64,000 nt of DNA from Collinsella sp. (GTDB lineage: Bacteria > Actinomycetota > Coriobacteriia > Coriobacteriales > Coriobacteriaceae): NCBI GenBank assembly GCA_052033095.1, contig JBPGZF010000002.1, positions 27,597 through 91,596 on the forward strand. Reading direction: 5' to 3'. Shown in pieces: positions 58,780 through 64,000 of this stretch. The notes under the pieces were generated by a model. The model was not told the origin of the DNA and made no database searches. It saw nothing but the letters and a program-made list of their open reading frames with translations. The position numbers and the translations under genes are program-made. Every line of letters begins with the position of its first letter. Positions within the stretch are counted from its first letter, which is position 1.

Positions 58780-59787
58780 TTACTTGCCGTCGTCCTGTTG
58801 CAGACTGTCCTGCTCGCTGAGGCGCGCCTGCCTGCTGGCCATGCGTGCGGGCTTGTCGGGATCGGGAACGGCCGTGGGCATGGGCTCGTCGACATGGCCA
58901 CCCCACCAGCCGCCCACAAAGCTGAGCGTGTGGAACACGTTGATCACGGCACCGGGATCAATGTCGCACACCAGCTTGATAATGTCCTGGCTCTCGTAGG
59001 TCGAGACAACGGCGTGCAGCAGGTACATCTTTTCACGGCTGTATCCGCCGATGACCTCGGCGCAACTAATGCCGTGCTGAAAATGGTCAATATAGGCGGT
59101 CATGACCTCGTCTGCCTTGCGCGTCGTGATCTGCAGCGTCACGCGGTCGTAGCGATGATAGAAGCTGTCGATGGTCTTGGTCGAAATAAATTGGAACACG
59201 ATGGAGTACGCCGCATTGTCCCAGCCAAACATAAAACCAAAGATCGCCAGAATAAAGCAGTTGAAACCAAAGATGACGCCCCAGATGGTCTTGCCCGTGT
59301 GGTTGGAGACCCATAACGCGATAAAGTCGGTGCCGCCGGTGGATGCGCCGGACTTAAGCGCGATGGCAGCGCCCAGGCCCGAGACAACGCCGCCAAAAAT
59401 GATGAGCATGATCTTGTCGCCCAAAAACGGCGCGAAGTGAAAGACGTTGAGGAACAGCGATGAGAGCACGACCTGCATCATCGAGAAGATGACGAAGCGC
59501 TTGCTAATGCCGCTCCAGCATAGGAGCGCCACGGGGATGTTGAGCGCGAGCATGCCGAGTGAGATGTCGATATGAACGCCACCCAGCGAGGTAACGCGAT
59601 CGAGCAGGACCGCGACGCCGGTAAGACCGCTCGGAAGCAGGTCGGCGGGTTGAATGAACGCCTGGATCAGGAATGTCTGGAGAACGGCAGAAATGGTGAC
59701 CGCCACGGCGGTGATGGCACGGCGGACGATGGTAAGGCGGCCGAGCACGAGCACGCGGTCCGTGAGCTGATCGATGGCGTTCGCCAC
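58780..59787 (-). CDS. YitT family membrane protein
   Basis: LPSGLTG, NIP, ASTGGTDFIA, C-terminal DUF2179-like IDPGA. Confidence 0.88.
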   Translation of the reverse strand: MANAIDQLTDRVLVLGRLTIVRRAITAVAVTISAVLQTFLIQAFIQPADLLPSGLTGVAVLLDRVTSLGGVHIDISLGMLALNIPVALLCWSGISKRFVIFSMMQVVLSSLFLNVFHFAPFLGDKIMLIIFGGVVSGLGAAIALKSGASTGGTDFIALWVSNHTGKTIWGVIFGFNCFILAIFGFMFGWDNAAYSIVFQFISTKTIDSFYHRYDRVTLQITTRKADEVMTAYIDHFQHGISCAEVIGGYSREKMYLLHAVVSTYESQDIIKLVCDIDPGAVINVFHTLSFVGGWWGGHVDEPMPTAVPDPDKPARMASRQARLSEQDSLQQDDGK

Positions 59788-59926
59788 GTAGGCTCCTTTC
59801 GAAGGCAGATGTAGTTGTGGGGCGTGGCCGCGATTGTAGCATGGAGCATGCGGGGGCGCTTCAATTCACCCTCTCTCGACAACCCAAGGGGGACCAGCAA
59901 CCCCCACGACCAAAGGCCCAAAGTAC

Positions 59927-60045
59927 AAGTGAGTAGACTTTACGTGACCTGCAGAGCACACCCAAAACCGCCACCCCTGTGACCTGCGGTTTTACTAGAG
60001 CTGATGCACTTTGTGCTCGTCCTGCGCCAAAAAGTCTACTCACTT
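59927..60045. repeat. MITE/REPIN-like element with 15-bp perfect terminal inverted repeats
   Basis: aagtgagtagacttt/aaagtctactcactt; inner gagcaca/tgtgctc; gtgacctgc occurs twice. Confidence 0.7.
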
Positions 60046-60142
60046 AGCCCGAATCGAAGCTAAACGGATCTAAATTGATGCCAAATTAAGCCAATCCGCA
60101 GCAAATGACGCGTGAACCAGTGCTTCTCGCGGCAGGTTGACA

Positions 60143-60772
60143 CTACAAAGCGGCCAAAATGTCGGTCAGATTGTCGATAACGGCATCGGCTCGCGATTGA
60201 TCGAGGTTGACGCCCTCGTGCGGACGCAGTGCCAGGACGCGGGCGCCGGAGCGCTTGCCGGCCTCGATGCCCAAAGGCGAGTCCTCGATAACCAGGCACT
60301 CGGCAGGCTCCACCCCCAGCGCCTCCATGGCACGCAGGTAGATCTCGGGATCGGGCTTAAACGCACTGCACTCGTGACCGCTGATGGTGTAATCCAGCAC
60401 GTCGGCGATACCGGCAATCTCAACCAGCTCGTCAATGAGCTCGCGATAGGACGAGCTCGCGATGGCGCACTTCACGCCACGCTCGTGCAGCTCGCGCATC
60501 ACCGGCTCCGTCTGCTCGTTGAGCAGCTCGGCATACGGAACAGGGTGGTCCGGGCTGTAGACCTGCTTGTACTCCACGCGCAAGCGCTCGCGCAGCTCAA
60601 TATCGTCGGGCACCAGCGCCTCCCAAATGGCGGGCTCGTTAGACCCCGAAAGATCGGGAATCTCGTCAAAGTGGAACCCCTTCTCTTCCATAAACGCCAC
60701 GCGGCGACGGTTGTAGAACCACTCGGTATCGACCAGCACGCCGTCCATATCAAACAGCACTGCCTTGATCAT
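60143..60772 (-). CDS. HAD-family phosphatase
   Basis: FDMDGVLVDTE, ASSS, KPDP, IEDSPLG. Confidence 0.92.
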   Translation of the reverse strand: MIKAVLFDMDGVLVDTEWFYNRRRVAFMEEKGFHFDEIPDLSGSNEPAIWEALVPDDIELRERLRVEYKQVYSPDHPVPYAELLNEQTEPVMRELHERGVKCAIASSSYRELIDELVEIAGIADVLDYTISGHECSAFKPDPEIYLRAMEALGVEPAECLVIEDSPLGIEAGKRSGARVLALRPHEGVNLDQSRADAVIDNLTDILAAL

Positions 60773-60786
60773 ACGCATCTCCTCCC

Positions 60787-60832
60787 ACCTGCCAAAAAGG
60801 GACAGGTTTATTTTGGTAGGTTTTATCTGGGG
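60787..60832. repeat. REP-like unit, inverted near-copy of 50528-50573
   Basis: acctgccaaaaagggacaggtttattttggtaggttttatctggg. Confidence 0.75.
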
Positions 60833-60865
60833 TTTTGTGACGCAACGGACACGCCCTCCCCAAAG

Positions 60866-60899
60866 CAAAAAAGGGGACGGGGCGCAAACCCCATCCCCT
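60866..60899 (-). terminator. Terminator after SIS gene
   Basis: ggggatgggg/ccccgtcccc stem with a T-run on the minus strand. Confidence 0.75.
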
Positions 60900-60932
60900 C
60901 TCAATCAACCCGTAAGGTCTACTTACTTGTGA

Positions 60933-61916
60933 TTAGTAGGAAAGCTTCCACATGTAGCGACGCATGGTCAGCGGGTGCTGACGGGCCTCGGCGATCTGGT
61001 TGCCGTACTCGCGCATAACGGCGAGGTGCAGCAGCGGGTTGAAGTAGGTGATGACGCTCGCGGGCACGGCGTCAGCCAGGCCGTAGTCCTTGGAGTCGAT
61101 CAGAGCGACCTTGGCGCCCATGCGCTCAAGGAAGGTGAGGGCGCGGGCGTCCATCGGACGGGTGGCGCCATCGGACATGAAGAAGACGTAGGGCTTACCC
61201 TCGGTGGAAACCTCGAACGGGCCGTGGAAGTACTCGCCGGTGTTGTAGGCGGCGGCGTCGATCCACTGCATCTCGGTGAACAGGAAGGCAGCGTGAGAAT
61301 AAGCCATCTTCTCGGAGGCACCGGAGGCCATGAAGTAGATCATCTTGTCGTCCTTGAAGTCCTCGGCGAACTTCTTGGCGAGCTTCTTGCAGTGCTGAGC
61401 GGCGTTCTCGCAGAGATCGAAGATGTTGGTGAGGCCGGTAATCATGTCCTCGTAGTGATCATAGCCCTCGGTCTGCTGAAGGATCTCGAGAGCAAGAGCG
61501 ATGGCATAGCCGGGCTTCTCGCACTTGGCAGCGTAGTTGGCGTGGAAGCCGTGGACGATGACGTGGTCGGCGTCGACGGTCAGAGCGGAGCCGGCCTTGT
61601 TGGTGAGGGAGACGACCGGGCAGTTGTGCTTCTTGGCGGTCTTGTTTGCCTCGACGGTCTCGGGCGTGGAGCCACCGAGGGAGCAGGTGATCACGAAGGT
61701 GTGCTCGTTGACCCAGGAAGGCGTGTCGTAGTTGAACTCGTTAGCGGTGAAAATCTGAACGTTCAGCTTGTCCGTGTTGTTGGCCAGGAAGTACTTGGCG
61801 GGGTAAAGGTCGGACATGGAAGCGCCGCAGCCGACGAAGGCGACGCTGTGGATCTCGTGGTTGGACAGGACGTCAGCGACGATCTGCTTAGGGAGGTTAA
61901 GGTCGATCTCGTACAT
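60933..61916 (-). CDS. frlB: SIS-domain deglycase (FrlB-like)
   Basis: GCGAS, GSTPET, FTEMQW, GEYFHGPFE, RRYMWK. Confidence 0.88.
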   Translation of the reverse strand: MYEIDLNLPKQIVADVLSNHEIHSVAFVGCGASMSDLYPAKYFLANNTDKLNVQIFTANEFNYDTPSWVNEHTFVITCSLGGSTPETVEANKTAKKHNCPVVSLTNKAGSALTVDADHVIVHGFHANYAAKCEKPGYAIALALEILQQTEGYDHYEDMITGLTNIFDLCENAAQHCKKLAKKFAEDFKDDKMIYFMASGASEKMAYSHAAFLFTEMQWIDAAAYNTGEYFHGPFEVSTEGKPYVFFMSDGATRPMDARALTFLERMGAKVALIDSKDYGLADAVPASVITYFNPLLHLAVMREYGNQIAEARQHPLTMRRYMWKLSY

Positions 61917-62007
61917 CTGACACATTCCTTTCGATTTTTTGCGGCGCCACATTGCCGGACGCTCGCAGGGTTACCGTAATTTGGACCGAGTCGCCGGCCC
62001 GTTGAGG

Positions 62008-62038
62008 ATGCGACAAAGGGACTGTCCCTTTGTCGCAT
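62008..62038. repeat. REP-like palindrome (GGGACAG family)
   Basis: atgcgacaaaggga-ctg-tccctttgtcgcat. Confidence 0.7.
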
Positions 62039-62115
62039 TTGGGTATGGAAGCCTGCCTGGGGTATGGGATGCCAGGCAGACCCCCGGGGGAAAGCGGTTA
62101 GGCGCTTGGTCGCGA

Positions 62116-62949
62116 CTAGGCCAGGATGCCGGCCGCGGAGAGGGCGATGCCGCCCACGATGGCGATCACGAGAAGCCAACCGGTGTTGACGTTCTTCTTG
62201 ATGAGCCAGTACATAAGGCCGGTGAGGCCAAGGGAGATCATCTGGGGCATCATGCCGTCCAGGATGTCCTGGATAACGACGGTGCCCTCAGCGAACTGCA
62301 GCGGGGTGGTGGCGCCGATCAGCGTAGCGATCATGCCGCCCACGGACATAAGACCCACGATGCCGCAGACATACATGAGCTTCTCCATAAGGTCGCCGCC
62401 CTGAAGCTTGCTCAGGTACTCGTGACCGCCCTGATAGCCCATCTTGGCTGCAAACCAAGTGATCAGCACAGAGGGGACGATGGAGATGAGCATGGCCAGG
62501 ATCGGGCCCATGATGGAGCCCTGCTGAGCCAGCTGAACGCCCAGACCAAAGGCGATAACGCGGATGGTGCCCTGGAAGAAGGAGTCACCGATGCCGGAAA
62601 GCGGACCCATGAGGGAGGTCTTGACCGCGTTGATCGAATCGGGGTCGAAGTTCTCGGGATCCTTGGCGTACTCCTCCTCCATGGAGGCGGAGAGGCCCAG
62701 GATGAAAGCGCTCGTCTGCGGGGTGCAGTTGTAGAACGCCATGTGACGGTGGTAAGCCTCTTTCTTAGCAGCGAGCTGCTTGGGATCGGACTCATCCGGA
62801 TAGAGGCGATCGAGCGTGGGAACCATGCCGTAGAGGAAGCCCATGTTCATCTGACGCTCGTAGTTCCAAGAGGCCTGGATGGCCCAGGAGCGCCAGAAGA
62901 ACTGGCTGACCTTCTTGTTCAGGGACACGTCCTTGGTTGCGGTTGCCAT
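62116..62949 (-). CDS. PTS mannose family IID
   Basis: SWNYERQM, HMAFYN, MGPLSGIGDS. Confidence 0.92.
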   Translation of the reverse strand: MATATKDVSLNKKVSQFFWRSWAIQASWNYERQMNMGFLYGMVPTLDRLYPDESDPKQLAAKKEAYHRHMAFYNCTPQTSAFILGLSASMEEEYAKDPENFDPDSINAVKTSLMGPLSGIGDSFFQGTIRVIAFGLGVQLAQQGSIMGPILAMLISIVPSVLITWFAAKMGYQGGHEYLSKLQGGDLMEKLMYVCGIVGLMSVGGMIATLIGATTPLQFAEGTVVIQDILDGMMPQMISLGLTGLMYWLIKKNVNTGWLLVIAIVGGIALSAAGILA

Positions 62950-62962
62950 AGTGTGTTCCTCC

Positions 62963-63757
62963 TTAGTCTTCGTCGTCTTCGAGCGGATCGTAGTCGGAAT
63001 CGACACCGGCGGCTGCATGGGAACCGTTGAACTTGAAGCCCATGAAGACGACAGCCAGGCACACACCGATCAGAGCGACCGCGATGACGGACAGGTTGAG
63101 GTAAGCGGCGAGCAGGAAACCGATGAACAGGAACGGAGTCATACCCTTCTTGATCATCATGGTGAGCAGCAGGGCCAAGCCGTAGGCGGTCATGATCTTG
63201 GTCGAAACGTTAAGACCGGTGGACAGCCACTCGGGAACCATGTTGACGATGGCCTGAACCAGGTCGGTGCCAACAAAGACGGCGAGGAAGATCGGCAGGA
63301 AGTACATGACGGCGTACAGACCGGAGCCGGCGCAGATGTGCATACGGTAGGCGGTCTTGAACTTTCCGTTATCGATCGCACTATCTGCCACATGAGTGAG
63401 GGCGGCGATGATGGAACGGAACACGATGCCGAGGAGCTGACCCAGGACGGCGACCGGGATGGCGATCGTCATGGCGGTCTCGGCGGAAGCATCGGTCAGG
63501 CATGCAAAGGCAGCGGCCACGATGCCGCCCAGGACCATATCGGGCGGAACGGCGGCGCCGACCTGCACCAGGCCCATGGACACGAGCTCGACGGCGGCAC
63601 CGACGGCAAGGCCGGTGGGCACATCGCCCAGCAGCAGACCGACGAGCGTAGCGCCAACGAGGGGCTGCTCGAAGTTAAGACGACCGAGCAGGCGGGAGTC
63701 CCACATGCAGAACACGCCGACGAGGCCGACGAGCACCGCACTGATGAACGTATTCAT
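62963..63757 (-). CDS. PTS mannose family IIC
   Basis: QPLVGA, GAAVPPD, VPEWL..GL. Confidence 0.92.
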   Translation of the reverse strand: MNTFISAVLVGLVGVFCMWDSRLLGRLNFEQPLVGATLVGLLLGDVPTGLAVGAAVELVSMGLVQVGAAVPPDMVLGGIVAAAFACLTDASAETAMTIAIPVAVLGQLLGIVFRSIIAALTHVADSAIDNGKFKTAYRMHICAGSGLYAVMYFLPIFLAVFVGTDLVQAIVNMVPEWLSTGLNVSTKIMTAYGLALLLTMMIKKGMTPFLFIGFLLAAYLNLSVIAVALIGVCLAVVFMGFKFNGSHAAAGVDSDYDPLEDDED

Positions 63758-63793
63758 ACCCTTCTCCTTTCAGTCAGGCAAAAGCCTGGTTGA

Positions 63794-64000
63794 TTACAGC
63801 TTGGCGTCGATGTCGACGCTCTGATACGTAGGGGTCTGCTGGACGTAGAGCTTGATGCCCATGTCGAGCAGCTGGTTGACGTCGGCCTTCTGGGTGGCGT
63901 CGAGGAAGACGGAGCTGTCCTTGCCGCCGACCTGCTCGGCACCGTCGTGGTTGGCGGTGGCGCCCAGGTTGATGGCGTCGAGCTTGTAGCCCTGGCAGAA
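63794..64000 (-). CDS. PTS mannose family IIB, C-terminal part (runs off window)
   Basis: Manual translation ...DAINLG...SVFLD...LLDMGIKLYVQQTP...; directly upstream of IIC. Confidence 0.75.
   Translation of the reverse strand, partial: FCQGYKLDAINLGATANHDGAEQVGGKDSSVFLDATQKADVNQLLDMGIKLYVQQTPTYQSVDIDAKL

Overview
High-GC actinobacterial chromosome segment. Gene content and style suggest Coriobacteriia, probably Collinsella-like (inference). Left to right: a monoderm-type Tad/Flp pilus operon (cpaB, cpaE, tadA, tadB, tadC, flp, pseudopilins, a large TadG-like protein, DUF192), then rsgA, a type II P-type cation ATPase with a structured leader, pyk, a NikMN-Q-O ECF metal transporter with a NikR-type operator, T-box-controlled pheS-pheT, an M32 carboxypeptidase, glmM, a DUF4012-like protein, an EamA transporter and tRNA-Val(GAC). 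After the tRNA comes an accessory block: DUF5710, a Zn-ribbon protein, an HNH nuclease and an AlbA_2/RecG-C-like protein. A lower-GC Amadori-compound (fructoselysine-type) PTS/deglycase island follows; its core is bracketed by two apparently identical frlB-like ORFs and the whole island is flanked by a decayed copy of the AlbA locus. The right part holds an M16C peptidase, a REP-flanked hicAB pair, 5-formyl-THF cyclo-ligase, metA, an LDH-family enzyme, more SIS deglycases and GntR regulators, recQ, yitT, a HAD hydrolase and a further mannose-family PTS operon. The most interesting signals are non-coding: a two-copy ~160-nt multi-helix element with compensatory base changes, an mgtL-like Pro-rich uORF in a switchable leader upstream of the ATPase, and several families of palindromic intergenic elements. 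All calls come from reading the sequence; no database search was run.
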